DNA of 64,000 nt, taken from positions 35,529 to 99,528 of the forward strand of contig JAJTER010000002.1 in NCBI GenBank assembly GCA_021299835.1, written 5' to 3'. Each line of letters opens with the position of its first letter. Positions within the stretch are counted from its first letter, which is position 1. Positions 8,049 through 17,197 of this stretch are shown here, in pieces. The translations under genes and the position numbers were made by a program. The DNA is from Saprospiraceae bacterium. GTDB lineage: Bacteria > Bacteroidota > Bacteroidia > Chitinophagales > Saprospiraceae. Under the pieces are notes generated by a model. That model was not told the origin of the DNA and searched no databases. It was given only the letters and a program-made list of their open reading frames with translations.

Positions 8049-8100
8049 TCCCTCCCCCAGAAACGAAAAAGGACCTACGAATTACCGTAAGTCCTTGATT
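8049..8100 (-). terminator. hairpin module copy 3, terminator of tRNA-Met
   Basis: aggacctacgaattaccgtaagtcctt (27 nt) is identical to copy 1. It starts 7 nt downstream of the tRNA 3' end. The minus strand continues with a T-run (tttttcgttt), and the plus strand also has a T-run. Confidence 0.65.
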
Positions 8101-8106
8101 TTTTTG

Positions 8107-8180
8107 TAGCGCGAGGGAGACTTGAACTCCCGACCTCAGGATTATGAATCCTGCGCTCTAACCGGCTGAGCTATCGCGCC
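8107..8180 (-). tRNA. tRNA with CAU anticodon (elongator Met, or Ile2 if lysidine-modified); not an initiator
   Basis: Hand-folded 74-nt cloverleaf: acceptor GGCGCGA/TCGCGCT, D arm GCTC-AGCCGGTTA-GAGC, anticodon arm CAGGA-TTCATAA-TCCTG, T arm GGGAG-TTCAAGT-CTCCC, discriminator A. No CCA is encoded. The anticodon stem lacks the three G-C pairs of initiators. Confidence 0.85.
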
Positions 8181-8190
8181 ATGAAGCGTA

Positions 8191-8224
8191 AAGATAAGGT
8201 ATTCATTTTAAAATACCCTATCTT
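8191..8224 (-). other. stem-loop between rpsA and tRNA-Met, no T-tract
   Basis: aagataaggtatt / aataccctatctt form a 13-bp stem with one mismatch. Because no T-tract follows, this may be a processing or stability element rather than a terminator. Confidence 0.4.
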
Positions 8225-8237
8225 AGGCTTCAATTAA

Positions 8238-10196
8238 TTATTCCTCTGTGGAGGTACCTTGGTTTAATTGCTCTTTAAGTTGAGCAAGACCTTCCAATTC
8301 ACCCATGGTAGATTTTTCAACGGTGCTTTGCTGTTTTTTAACAGCCTGGCGCGTTTTATCTTTTTCAACTACCTTTTCTTTCTTCACTGACTCTTCAGCC
8401 TCTTTCTTTATATCCTCGATATAACGTAAATGAGATACTAAGATTCTCTTGTCATCGCGATTGAATTCAATCACTTTAACTGTTAAAGTTTCTTCTGGTT
8501 CAGCAAGAGAATTGTCCTCTTTACGGATATGTTTTATCGGTGCGAAAGCTTCTAAACCGTAAGGTAACTGAACGATAGCTCCACGATCATCACGACGTAA
8601 GATAGTTGCTTCATGGTATGAACCCACTGGGAAGACATTTTCGAAGGTATCCCAAGGATTCTCCTCTAACTGCTTATGTCCTAATGAAAGTTTGCGACTT
8701 TCTGCATCGACGTCCAATATTTGTACATCAATTTTATCTCCAACCTTTGTGAATTCAGATGGGTGGCCAAAACGTTTTGTCCAGGAAAGATCGGAAATGT
8801 GAACCATTCCTCCAATTCCTTCTTGTAACTCAACGAATACACCGTAAGGAGTAAGATTTTTAACTTCTCCGGAATGGCGGCTGCCTACTGGGAAAGTTTT
8901 AGCGATTTCACTCCATGGATCAGAACTTAACTGCTTAAGAGATAATGACATTCTACGGTCATCCTGATCTATAGTAACGACTTTTGCCTCATATTCCTGA
9001 CCTAATCTGAAGTATTCGCGCGCATTAACTGGCTGGTTACTCCAGCTCACCTCTGAAACGTGAATTAAACCTTCAACACCTGGCTGCAATTCAAGGAAAG
9101 CACCATAATCTTCAATGTTTACAATCTTTCCTTTAACCGTAGATCCTTCTGTGATACCTGCGGCAAGAACTTCCCATGGATGTGGTTGTAATTGCTTAAG
9201 ACCTAGTGAAATACGTCTCTTATTCTCATCAAAATCAAGAACGGCTACACTTATTTTCTGGTTCAGGCTCAACACCTCCATTGGGTGATTGATACGACCC
9301 CATGAAATATCAGTGATATAGAGTAAACCATCTACGCCACCTAAATCAAGGAATGCACCGAAGTCAGTGATATTTTTAACAACACCTTCTAACACCTGAC
9401 CTTTTTCAAGGCTACCGATGATGTGTTCGCGCTGTTCAGCCAAATCACTTTCGATAAGCGCTTTATGAGAAACGACAGCATTTTTGATGGTTTCATTGAT
9501 TTTAACCACCTTGAACTCCATCGTCTTACCAACATACTGATCGTAATCGACAATAGGTTTGATATCAATTTGAGAACCAGGTAGGAAAGTCTCCAATCCA
9601 CTGCAATCTACAATTAAACCACCTTTCGTCTTGCTAATAACGGTACCTTTAATAATAGTACCATTTTCAAAGGAATCAACAATACTTTCCCAAGATCTTA
9701 ACAATTTAGCCTTTCTGCGAGAAAGCACTAATTGTCCGCGACCATCTTCCTGTTGTTCAACATAAACATCCACATAGTCGCCAACGGCTAAACCAGGAAT
9801 ATCTCTGAATTCTGATAATGGAATTAATCCGTCAGATTTGTAGTTAATATCAAGTACAACATCACCACCATTAATAGAAGTTACGAAACCTTTTACGATT
9901 TCATTTTCCAAAACGGCATTCATAGTAGATGAATATTGCTCTCTAAAAGAAACAGCTTCTTCGTCAGAGTAATTAATTCCCCCTTTATTTGTAATATTCC
10001 AATTGAAATCATCATGTGCGGTACCTACGGTCTCTTGACCAGCAAGTAAAACTTCCATTTCAACTTCCTCTTCTTCCTCCACCACTTCTACTGGCTCAGC
10101 AGCCTTTACAACAACTTCCTCGACAATTGCTGGCTGCTCTTCAATAGCGCCATTCAACTCTTCTGGTGTAGTTATTTCGTCTTTTTCTTCAGACAT
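8238..10196 (-). CDS. rpsA: 30S ribosomal protein S1
   Basis: 652 aa with six tandem S1 (OB-fold) repeats, e.g. GxVxxITDFGAFLDLGGVDGLLYITDISW. It has an acidic N-terminal extension. Confidence 0.95.
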   Translation of the reverse strand: MSEEKDEITTPEELNGAIEEQPAIVEEVVVKAAEPVEVVEEEEEVEMEVLLAGQETVGTAHDDFNWNITNKGGINYSDEEAVSFREQYSSTMNAVLENEIVKGFVTSINGGDVVLDINYKSDGLIPLSEFRDIPGLAVGDYVDVYVEQQEDGRGQLVLSRRKAKLLRSWESIVDSFENGTIIKGTVISKTKGGLIVDCSGLETFLPGSQIDIKPIVDYDQYVGKTMEFKVVKINETIKNAVVSHKALIESDLAEQREHIIGSLEKGQVLEGVVKNITDFGAFLDLGGVDGLLYITDISWGRINHPMEVLSLNQKISVAVLDFDENKRRISLGLKQLQPHPWEVLAAGITEGSTVKGKIVNIEDYGAFLELQPGVEGLIHVSEVSWSNQPVNAREYFRLGQEYEAKVVTIDQDDRRMSLSLKQLSSDPWSEIAKTFPVGSRHSGEVKNLTPYGVFVELQEGIGGMVHISDLSWTKRFGHPSEFTKVGDKIDVQILDVDAESRKLSLGHKQLEENPWDTFENVFPVGSYHEATILRRDDRGAIVQLPYGLEAFAPIKHIRKEDNSLAEPEETLTVKVIEFNRDDKRILVSHLRYIEDIKKEAEESVKKEKVVEKDKTRQAVKKQQSTVEKSTMGELEGLAQLKEQLNQGTSTEE

Positions 10197-10254
10197 TTTT
10201 TTTGTTTTAATATCTACGAAAGGTAGATTTTGGTTAAAAAATTAAATTGCGGGG

Positions 10255-10262
10255 CAAATATA
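10255..10262 (-). promoter_or_regulatory. -7 box TATATTTG for rpsA
   Basis: Exact TAnnTTTG on the minus strand, about 59 nt upstream of the rpsA ATG. Confidence 0.4.
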
Positions 10263-10303
10263 TAAATTATTTCCAAATCGACCTATTTTTTGTATTACTT
10301 TAT

Positions 10304-10311
10304 TAGATTTG
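10304..10311 (+). promoter_or_regulatory. -7 box TAGATTTG for the YceI-like gene
   Basis: Exact TAnnTTTG that overlaps the TTG start used by the ORF track. This argues for a downstream ATG as the real start. Confidence 0.35.
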
Positions 10312-10350
10312 TTAAACATGATTCCTATTAAACCCTATATTTTTGAAGCT

Positions 10351-10950
10351 ATGTTAAAAACAATCATCATTCCCCTATTTTTCGCCTCATTATTCTCTGG
10401 TGTTGGCTTAATCGGACAAATTAAGAAATTTTCATTTTCCGAAAAAACTACGATGCAGATTCAAGGTACCTCTACCCTGCATGATTGGACCTGTAATGTT
10501 ACCAAAGTAGATGGTGTCATTGAAATGGACAATAAAGTTTTAAGTAAAGGAGTTTGGACTCAAAACAGTAAAATAAAAACGTTAAAAGTTTCCGTTCCGG
10601 TAGAAAGTATAAAAAGTCCCCGAGGTGCGGCTATGGAAAAAAAGTTATATAATGCCTTGAAATATGAAAAACACCCTTCGATTATTTTTACGCTGAATAA
10701 TCTAAAAACTATACCCTCCACATCGGGTTCAGGTCAATTAGAATCAAGTGGAACATTGAATGTTGCTGGGGTTGAAAAACCTATATCTCTATCCGTTAAT
10801 GCTTCCTTTTCTGCCGACAAAAGTTTATCTTTCACAGGTTCTTATACCTTAAATATGAAAGATTATGCTATTGAGCCACCATCGGCGATGTTCGGACAGA
10901 TTGTTTCTGGTGAGAAAGTAACTATTTCCTTTAATGTCCAGGTTAAATAA
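10351..10950 (+). CDS. YceI family periplasmic polyisoprenoid-binding protein
   Basis: GTSTLHDW and the overall YceI-like pattern. The start is moved to MLKTIIIPLFFASLF (signal peptide) because a promoter box overlaps the 10309 TTG. The ATG at 10318 is an alternative. Confidence 0.7.
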   Translation: MLKTIIIPLFFASLFSGVGLIGQIKKFSFSEKTTMQIQGTSTLHDWTCNVTKVDGVIEMDNKVLSKGVWTQNSKIKTLKVSVPVESIKSPRGAAMEKKLYNALKYEKHPSIIFTLNNLKTIPSTSGSGQLESSGTLNVAGVEKPISLSVNASFSADKSLSFTGSYTLNMKDYAIEPPSAMFGQIVSGEKVTISFNVQVK

Positions 10951-10956
10951 ATCAGT

Positions 10957-11922
10957 ATGAAAATATTTTCAATCGTTTTCTTCCTTTTCGGAAGTATTAT
11001 GTCAGGATGGGCACAAGCTGTTCAAACGGTCGCTATTCCAGGGTCGTCTGTTTCATTTAATATGATTTCAGTACCTTCAGGTTCCTTTCTTATGGGAAGC
11101 CCCGCCACAGAATTACTTAGAAATGCAGATGAAGGCCCTCAGGTGAAAGTAAAATTAGATGGCTTTTCTATAGCTGAAACGGAGGTAACCTGGGAATTGT
11201 ATGAATTATTTACAGATAAGGAAAAGAGAGCTGCCCTAATTTATTCAAGTGAGCTGGTTAAAGGAAATGCCGATGCCGTCATTAAGCCCAGTACCCCTTA
11301 TTTAGATCCCAGTTATGGCATGGGGAAATATAGTTTTCCTGCAACCAGTATGACGCAATATGCCGCATTATCCTTTTGTAAATGGTTGAGTGAACTTACT
11401 GGCGAATTTTACAGACTTCCCACTGAAGCTGAATGGGAATATGCCTGCAAGGCCGGCACAAATACAGCTTATTCATTTGGCGATGACCCTTCTCTTTTGG
11501 ACCAGTATGCCTGGAGTTTTAATAATAGCGAAGATAAATATCATCCAGTTAAATCAAAAAAACCTAATCCCTGGGGTTTATACGATATGCATGGTAATGT
11601 AATGGAATGGACGCTCGACCAATATCAGGCAGACTACTACCCTACTTTGGGTGATGCGACAGCTAGTCCATGGCGTCGCCCCGACAAATTACTCCCAAGA
11701 ACAGCCAGAGGAGGCTCATGGGACGAAAACCCACAGGTTCTTCGCTCTTCAGCCAGAACCTCCTCAAACCCTTCCTGGCAAAGAAGAGATCCTCAAATTC
11801 CCAAAAGTTTCTGGTGGTGCTCTGATGCTCCCTTCATAGGTATTAGACTGGTGAAACCAACAAATCAACCTACTAAGGAAGAACAGGAAGAATTTTGGTC
11901 TCTTGTTTTAGATGAAGGTTAA
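10957..11922 (+). CDS. formylglycine-generating-enzyme (SUMF1/FGE) family protein, secreted
   Basis: YRLPTEAEWEYACKAG, NPWGLYDMHGNVMEW and RGGSW motifs, plus a signal peptide. Confidence 0.85.
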   Translation: MKIFSIVFFLFGSIMSGWAQAVQTVAIPGSSVSFNMISVPSGSFLMGSPATELLRNADEGPQVKVKLDGFSIAETEVTWELYELFTDKEKRAALIYSSELVKGNADAVIKPSTPYLDPSYGMGKYSFPATSMTQYAALSFCKWLSELTGEFYRLPTEAEWEYACKAGTNTAYSFGDDPSLLDQYAWSFNNSEDKYHPVKSKKPNPWGLYDMHGNVMEWTLDQYQADYYPTLGDATASPWRRPDKLLPRTARGGSWDENPQVLRSSARTSSNPSWQRRDPQIPKSFWWCSDAPFIGIRLVKPTNQPTKEEQEEFWSLVLDEG

Positions 11923-12002
11923 TTAATTATTTTGTTTTAATTAATTTTACTATTTTTAGAAAACAAAAAATTTTATTTGTTAATTACTTAAAATCCTTAA
12001 TA

Positions 12003-13355
12003 ATGTCTTCATCAGATTCTTTTGACAAACCTGGCGTAAATCGTCGGGACTTTTTAAAGGATGCCTCCCTTGCTACCGGTGGTCTTATGCTTGCGTCGCT
12101 TCCTTTTGATCTTCGTGCACTATCTGGTCAACCCGCTACCACGTTGAAAATTGCCTTGGTAGGTTGTGGTGGTAGAGGTTCCGGCGCTATTGTTCAAGCG
12201 CTTATCGCCGATCCCAATACTAAATTGGTAGCTATGGCTGATGCTTTCAGAGATCGGGTTGATAGTTGCTACAGTTATATTACTTCCAGTAAAGTGGAAG
12301 AATCAGAGGGCGCAACCAGTGCATTGAAAACACAGATTGACGTACCGGAATCTAATAAATTTTCGGGTTTCGATGCCTACAAAAAGGCCATCGATCTTGC
12401 AGATGTCGTTATTCTTACCAGCCCTCCAGGATTTAGACCTGACCATTTAGAATATGCTATCAATAGCAATAAACATATTTTTTGCGAAAAACCACTGGCC
12501 ACTGATGCCACAGGTATCCGTAAAGTAATGGGCTTACTTGAGCTTAGCAAACAGAAAAAGCTGAACGTAGTCGTTGGTCTTCAACGTCATTATGAAACTG
12601 TTTACCGCGAGATAATGAAACGTATTCATGCAGGTGAAATTGGTGATGTTACCAGTGGACAGGTGTATTGGAACGGATCAGGTGTTTGGGTGAAAGATCG
12701 TTTACCGGGTATGACGGAAATGACTTATCAAATGCGTAACTGGTACTATTTTAATTGGCTTTGTGGCGACCATATTGTAGAACAACATATCCATAATATT
12801 GATGTTTTCAACTGGGCTAAAAAGGATTATCCAGTTAAAGCGCAAGGAATGGGCGGACGCCAGGTAAGAACGGGCAAAGAATTCGGTGAAATTTATGACC
12901 ACCACTACGTGGAATACACTTATGCCGACGGATCTGTTCTTAACAGTCAGTGCCGTCACATCAAGGGTTGTGCCGACAAGGTTTCAGAACACATCATCGG
13001 TTCAAAAGGCCGCGCTGAAAGTAATGGTACCATGACGGATTTGAAAGGAAATGTGATCTTTAAACATAATAGAAAAGGAGATCCGAATCCTTACCAACAA
13101 GAGCATGTGGAGCTTTTTGCCTCCATCAGAAAAGGTGAGGTCATTAATGATCTTGAAAATGGAGCTAAATCTACCATGACAGCTATCCTGGGTAGAATGG
13201 CCACCTACTCTGGTCAGGTTATTTCCTGGGAACAAGCCATTAATTCTAAGGAAAATCTCTTCCCGGAATCATTGGACTGGAATGCCAATCCTAAGTCTTT
13301 ACCTGATGCATCAGGTCATTATAAAATAGCTATGCCGGGCGTTTATAAAATTTAA
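12003..13355 (+). CDS. Gfo/Idh/MocA family oxidoreductase with Tat signal
   Basis: Twin-arginine NRRDFLK. LVGCGGRGSG is a Rossmann motif and EKP is the family motif. Confidence 0.85.
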   Translation: MSSSDSFDKPGVNRRDFLKDASLATGGLMLASLPFDLRALSGQPATTLKIALVGCGGRGSGAIVQALIADPNTKLVAMADAFRDRVDSCYSYITSSKVEESEGATSALKTQIDVPESNKFSGFDAYKKAIDLADVVILTSPPGFRPDHLEYAINSNKHIFCEKPLATDATGIRKVMGLLELSKQKKLNVVVGLQRHYETVYREIMKRIHAGEIGDVTSGQVYWNGSGVWVKDRLPGMTEMTYQMRNWYYFNWLCGDHIVEQHIHNIDVFNWAKKDYPVKAQGMGGRQVRTGKEFGEIYDHHYVEYTYADGSVLNSQCRHIKGCADKVSEHIIGSKGRAESNGTMTDLKGNVIFKHNRKGDPNPYQQEHVELFASIRKGEVINDLENGAKSTMTAILGRMATYSGQVISWEQAINSKENLFPESLDWNANPKSLPDASGHYKIAMPGVYKI

Positions 13356-13378
13356 ATTTTAAGCGCTTCCATAACTTC

Positions 13379-13422
13379 AAAACCCTCTTATCTCTCGTTG
13401 AGAAAGAGGGTTTTGGTTTTTT
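13379..13422. terminator. rho-independent terminator between convergent genes
   Basis: aaaaccctctt / aagagggtttt form an 11-bp stem with a 14-nt loop, followed by ggtttttt. Confidence 0.7.
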
Positions 13423-13424
13423 AC

Positions 13425-14408
13425 CTAATGCCAGTTAGCTTTAAAAAAGATATCGTCCCGTTTACATAAAACCCTGATACTTTTTCTCCAACGTAGTACT
13501 TTCCGTATTTCATCAAAATGCATTATGCTAAATGCCGTTCCTAATGCATCGGTAATCAAGCCGTTAGGACCTTCTACTAAGCAAGTTGCACCATTTGTTA
13601 ACGGCTTACCCGTTATCGGATTTAACAAATGAGAATATCGCTTCCCCTCCCATTCCAGATATTGTTGGTCATCCCCTGACACAGATTGCGATCTATTTTC
13701 AATATATCGTCTCGCCCCATCTGAAAAAAAGATAGTATCAGCTGCAACGGACCAACCCTTTTTTGAGGGAGGTGCTTTACTCACTGTTATCGAACTGCCC
13801 GCGGAAATCATTCCTATGTTAACACCTTGCATTTTTAGTGTTTTTAATGCCTCATCTACTGCATATCCCTTTCCGATACCCCCAAAATCGAGTTTAACTC
13901 CCTTTTTCAAGAACTTAAACTGATATTGTTTACTCTTTTTTCTCAAGGCAATATATTGAATACCAGAATAATCTTTTGCCGCTGTTTGCATCGAATCTGC
14001 CGGAAATTCATTTCGTCGTCGGGCACGGCGCCAAAGGTGGGTCAAACTACCCATAGCAGGATCAAAATATTGATCTGTTATTTTACTCCATTGAATACTT
14101 TTCTTTAGCACAAATCCAAGCTCCTTTGATACACTTTCCCACTGCAAAGGCTGCCTTACGTTTAATCGATATACTTCAGCGTTTTCTTTGTAATCACTTA
14201 GAATGTGATCAAGAAACTGGATGCGGTCAAATACTTTTTCAGCAATTAAAGGTGCATTTACCTCTTTATTAGCATAAAAAGATACATAATATATAGTACC
14301 CATAGCCGGTCTGCTAAAACTATAAAGGCTGTCTGACTGACCATTTAAAAGAAGAACTATGTTAATAAGAACACCAGAAACTATCCATTTATGATTCCTC
14401 ATTTTCAA
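13425..14408 (-). CDS. apbE: FAD:protein FMN transferase (ApbE family)
   Basis: The MGT motif lies near the N-terminus, DFGGIGKGYAVD is present, and length is appropriate. The start overlaps the upstream protease stop by 4 nt. Confidence 0.8.
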   Translation of the reverse strand: MKMRNHKWIVSGVLINIVLLLNGQSDSLYSFSRPAMGTIYYVSFYANKEVNAPLIAEKVFDRIQFLDHILSDYKENAEVYRLNVRQPLQWESVSKELGFVLKKSIQWSKITDQYFDPAMGSLTHLWRRARRRNEFPADSMQTAAKDYSGIQYIALRKKSKQYQFKFLKKGVKLDFGGIGKGYAVDEALKTLKMQGVNIGMISAGSSITVSKAPPSKKGWSVAADTIFFSDGARRYIENRSQSVSGDDQQYLEWEGKRYSHLLNPITGKPLTNGATCLVEGPNGLITDALGTAFSIMHFDEIRKVLRWRKSIRVLCKRDDIFFKANWH

Positions 14409-17197
14409 TAGTCTTGCTTTACTACCCGTTTTGAAAAACTACCTTGCTTGTACAATACACGAACAATGTACATTCCTGTAGGAAAATGCGCGGTATCAAC
14501 AGAAAAATGATTCTGTTCCTCCAGATAAAGTTGAGAAAACAACAATCTACCCTCTATACTATAAACACTAATAGTGACATCCTGTAATTTTTCTGAAATA
14601 TGAATGTTCACTCTATCATCGACCGGATTAGGTTCGACGGCTATCTGCCATTTGAAGATGGAGCCTAAATCATTGAGATTTAATTTAAATTTCCTGATAT
14701 CACTGGCACTTTCACCACAATCATTTTTGGATTTTACTTGCCAGTAGTATGCTCCTCCTTCTAAATCTTGTGAAAATTTATAAAAATTCAGATTCCTTTC
14801 TCCGGCAAAAACAGGCTCATTAAAATCTATACTTTTTGAGACCCTAAGTGAATAGTTATCTGTTAATGAGGTATTTGTCCAGGACAACTGTGGGCGTTCT
14901 ACCAATAAAACCTCATTATCATCAGGAGAAAGTAAACTTGGTTTAGATGGTAAACCTTTCAATTGGAAGTTGAAATTAGTTTCCTTACTATTTTTAACAT
15001 CTGAGACTACAATTTTTACGTTATAAGATCCAGATTTCAAACTATCCAGTACAGCTGATGCCTTTAAATTTATTACATTGGCCACTACATCACCGTCAAT
15101 AAATTTCCAGGTTGGAACGGGCGGAGAAATGGCATAAGTTATTTTTACCGGACGAATGAAACCACTGCCTATTTTTAGTCCTGCTTTTAAATCTGAGGGT
15201 AGGCAAAGCACATTATTTAAATCGACAATTTGTAAACCCAAATCTAAAGGGGTGAAAAATCTACCAAAGGTATAATCTGGGGATTGCCCGCACTCGTTTC
15301 TGGCTCTGATACGGTAATAGTAGGTTTTATCAAAATCCAATCCTTTAATAACCAACTGAGAGTCGAGGGTAACCCATCGTGAAATAAATTGGCTGAAAAG
15401 GGAATCCGACGCAATTTCAACCTGGTAATCAAAAATACCTGCCAGATTAAACCAACTCAATGTAGGTTCAACTCCCTGGTCTGACCCTGGATTTTTAACG
15501 ACGACTTTATCGGGTGTTTTATTTAGCACCAACTGTAGCTCTGTAAATACGGTATCTTCTCCCGAAATACCTCTAATTTTTATTTTACTTTCTATAGCGC
15601 CAACCATCTGTTTTGATGAAATAAAGAGGGTTGCAGCATTTCCGGGTAGCACCGTTACTGGGTTAAAAGAATAAGCTATCGCTGATGTTGATCCTACCAG
15701 ATCAAACGTAATGGGCGCTGAAAAAGCTGAGCCAGTAAATATCTGAACACTGGCACTATTTGGGGTACAAATATTAACTTTAGTAACGCTCGCTGCTAAT
15801 CCTTTTTTACAAAGTATTCCATTTCTGCCCATAATACTTGTTATTCCACGATTTTCAGGATCAAGCCATTCACTTAATCTGTTCATGGGGCTACCACCGC
15901 CAATCCATGAACTATGAAACCAGCCAAAAGCATCAAAGGAGTTATTAGAACAACTGGCAGAGCCTCCATGTAATTGCCCTACAATTTGTTGGTTTTTATT
16001 GACTAATGGACCTCCGGAAGAACCGTCCTCCGTGGTACCCACATCCCATCTGGGAATAATAAGATGATTTCCAAAAGATACTTCAGAAGCTAATTGCCCC
16101 CACTGCCCTCTATACGTTTTTCGATAGGCAATAGAAATTCTTTTTTCTTGGGTATTAGGGTGATGCACACAAACAAGGGTATCTTCAGGTAAAACCGAGG
16201 TGGCATTCCAACCAGCATAATATGGATTAGCTGCATCGGGAACAGGGTCATCCAATTCCAATAAAATGAAATCGGTAGGTGAAAATCCGGCACGAAAAAT
16301 AGCACCCGTATTGAATAACGTTTTTGATCCGTCTCCGTTAGCACCATTCGCCTGAGACAACATAGGCCTGCAAACTGAATGTTGATAATTCCAATAAACA
16401 ACCACAGATGGTGCATTGGAGGAGGTGACATCGCAGTGAAATGCACTTAAAAAATAAGGCTTACAGTCATTTCTCCCATTATTAACCAGCGCTCCGGAAC
16501 AAAAATTTCGACCATTAATGGTGTACATACCCACCGACCTCATCACTTCCCTATAATTATCTACTAACTTCCAACCCTCTCTTGACCCGCAAGCCACATC
16601 GAGGTGACAGCTGCCCGATAACATAGAAAAAATGCCTTGAAAATCGTGATTTACCTTTTCGACGGTCATTTTCAACCATTTTTTCTCGACGGAGGGTAGT
16701 GAAACCTCCAAAACCAGCTCATCACCGAGCATAGCGGGAGTCCACATTTGACCGTGTAATTCATTATCGTTATAGGTAAACGGTCCCTCTACCTGATCCA
16801 TAGAAAGGTTGTATATCCATAATCTGGCGTTTGGGGGAAGATAAAAATCGGATATGCCCAAATTCAAGGATAATGCGCCTGCCGATTGAATACGCAGCCT
16901 CCATATTTCGTTCAGACCATCCTTTGAGGTCGTCCATTCACCGTGCGCAGAGGGCTTTAGAGAAGTATTTCTGGTAATAGCAAAAGAAGGATTTAGTCCC
17001 TTCTTTCGTTTTTCTAATTCTTCTGCAAGTAATTTTTGATTATCTACTTTTGGAAATCTGACGGGTTTAACGGTTTCAATGGACAATTTACCTAAAGGCA
17101 TGGTTTTTTCAGGTAGTTTTTGAGAAAACAATAAACCACCTGAAAAAACAGCCACGAAGAGAAAGCCCCATTTTTTAGAACCTAAAAAACAAAGCAT
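14405..17197 (-). CDS. T9SS-secreted trypsin-fold (S1) serine endopeptidase with Fn3-like repeats and C-terminal sorting domain
   Basis: LSAFHC carries the catalytic His and EDGSSGGPL the catalytic Ser. Two YYYRIRARNECGQS / YYWQVKSKNDCGES modules are present. The C-terminus is VEPNPVDDRVNIHI...GMYIVRV. The start is set at MLCFLGSKKWGFLFV (signal peptide); the ORF track starts at 17254. Confidence 0.8.
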   Translation of the reverse strand: MLCFLGSKKWGFLFVAVFSGGLLFSQKLPEKTMPLGKLSIETVKPVRFPKVDNQKLLAEELEKRKKGLNPSFAITRNTSLKPSAHGEWTTSKDGLNEIWRLRIQSAGALSLNLGISDFYLPPNARLWIYNLSMDQVEGPFTYNDNELHGQMWTPAMLGDELVLEVSLPSVEKKWLKMTVEKVNHDFQGIFSMLSGSCHLDVACGSREGWKLVDNYREVMRSVGMYTINGRNFCSGALVNNGRNDCKPYFLSAFHCDVTSSNAPSVVVYWNYQHSVCRPMLSQANGANGDGSKTLFNTGAIFRAGFSPTDFILLELDDPVPDAANPYYAGWNATSVLPEDTLVCVHHPNTQEKRISIAYRKTYRGQWGQLASEVSFGNHLIIPRWDVGTTEDGSSGGPLVNKNQQIVGQLHGGSASCSNNSFDAFGWFHSSWIGGGSPMNRLSEWLDPENRGITSIMGRNGILCKKGLAASVTKVNICTPNSASVQIFTGSAFSAPITFDLVGSTSAIAYSFNPVTVLPGNAATLFISSKQMVGAIESKIKIRGISGEDTVFTELQLVLNKTPDKVVVKNPGSDQGVEPTLSWFNLAGIFDYQVEIASDSLFSQFISRWVTLDSQLVIKGLDFDKTYYYRIRARNECGQSPDYTFGRFFTPLDLGLQIVDLNNVLCLPSDLKAGLKIGSGFIRPVKITYAISPPVPTWKFIDGDVVANVINLKASAVLDSLKSGSYNVKIVVSDVKNSKETNFNFQLKGLPSKPSLLSPDDNEVLLVERPQLSWTNTSLTDNYSLRVSKSIDFNEPVFAGERNLNFYKFSQDLEGGAYYWQVKSKNDCGESASDIRKFKLNLNDLGSIFKWQIAVEPNPVDDRVNIHISEKLQDVTISVYSIEGRLLFSQLYLEEQNHFSVDTAHFPTGMYIVRVLYKQGSFSKRVVKQDY

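Noticed and set aside
8041-8106. Possible att site (duplicated tRNA 3' end) marking the island border
   Set aside because: The G/C-rich block tccctccccc next to the tRNA resembles tccctctcc at 6247 but does not match the tRNA T-arm or acceptor sequence. It is part of the hairpin-module flank, not a tRNA duplication.
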